NCBI GenBank assembly: GCA_951406725.2
Contig: OX597816.1
Span: forward strand, 38,564,001 to 38,628,000
Direction of reading: 5' to 3'
Length of the DNA: 64,000 nt
DNA from: Octopus vulgaris
Taxonomy: Eukaryota
Shown here: piece by piece, positions 63,422 through 64,000 of the stretch
Layout of the letters: each line of letters begins with the position of its first letter
Numbering within the stretch: the stretch's first letter is position 1
Position numbers and translations under genes: made by a program
The notes under the pieces: generated by a model
What the model saw: the letters and a program-made list of their open reading frames with translations, nothing else
Told to the model about the DNA's origin: nothing
Database searches by the model: none

Positions 63422-64000
63422 GTATATATATATAATGTGTGTGTATATGTCAATACATTAAATTCTTTAAAATTATATGCACACAAATTATTTACAATAT
63501 GTGGAAATAATTCTATGAAGTATAAGAAATAAAAAAAAAGGAAAGATGAAAGAAAGAAGAAAAGAAAAAGAGAGATGATAGAAGGAAGTGTCTATAGCCT
63601 TATTATGTGACTAACATGGTCAACTGGTGATAATGTTACAATTAATATTTAATCTAAATTGTAAAAGATCAATAATTGGGACAGTAATTTTAGAGTGTTG
63701 ATCATTTTATTCTCAATATTAATACTAAGTCAGTCCTAATTGAGAAGATATTTGATCAAAGATATTCAAGCAGGACCAAGCCAACTTGATTTTTTTTCAA
63801 ACACAATGTATATAGAACTATATTATGCAATTATCCTATTATTATACAGGGTATGATCTGAAGGAGATCAGTTTCTAGAGCTACCAAGTCAAGTGACCCA
63901 ATAGAGGCTTGTGGTTGTTATTGTTGCTCTGCTCCAGGTCAGTCTTGATATGACAAACCTATAATCAAAGGAACCCCAGTTATAACCCTTCCATTTTTAA

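Overview
AT-rich eukaryotic DNA, almost entirely non-coding. It is packed with (TA)n/(CA)n/(GA)n microsatellites, at least four tRNA-derived SINE families, RTE-LINE 3' tails, TTAA- and TA-flanked MITEs, and decayed mariner, Gypsy, R4/Dong-like, CR1-like, Penelope-like and Helitron-like fragments. The repeat repertoire is what I recognise from Octopus (coleoid cephalopod) genomes; this is recognition, not a database result. No intact protein-coding gene is present, and nearly all listed ORFs are microsatellite or TE read-through. Several good minus-strand splice signals (a 20-nt micro-exon at 17130-17149, an exon running off the window at 1-37, donors at 19506 and 23573) suggest the window is the 5' intronic part of a large minus-strand gene that I cannot name. 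The most interesting signals are: (i) two SINE copies inserted at the same position of the CCATGCTAGCATGG palindrome of RTE tails, in opposite host orientations; (ii) a 63-68-bp motif+hairpin array in the RTE 3' UTR whose unit boundary matches the 5' ends of truncated copies; (iii) several long fold-back hairpins that could form dsRNA; (iv) decayed minimal hammerhead cores in Penelope-type fragments. Coordinates of degraded repeats are approximate.
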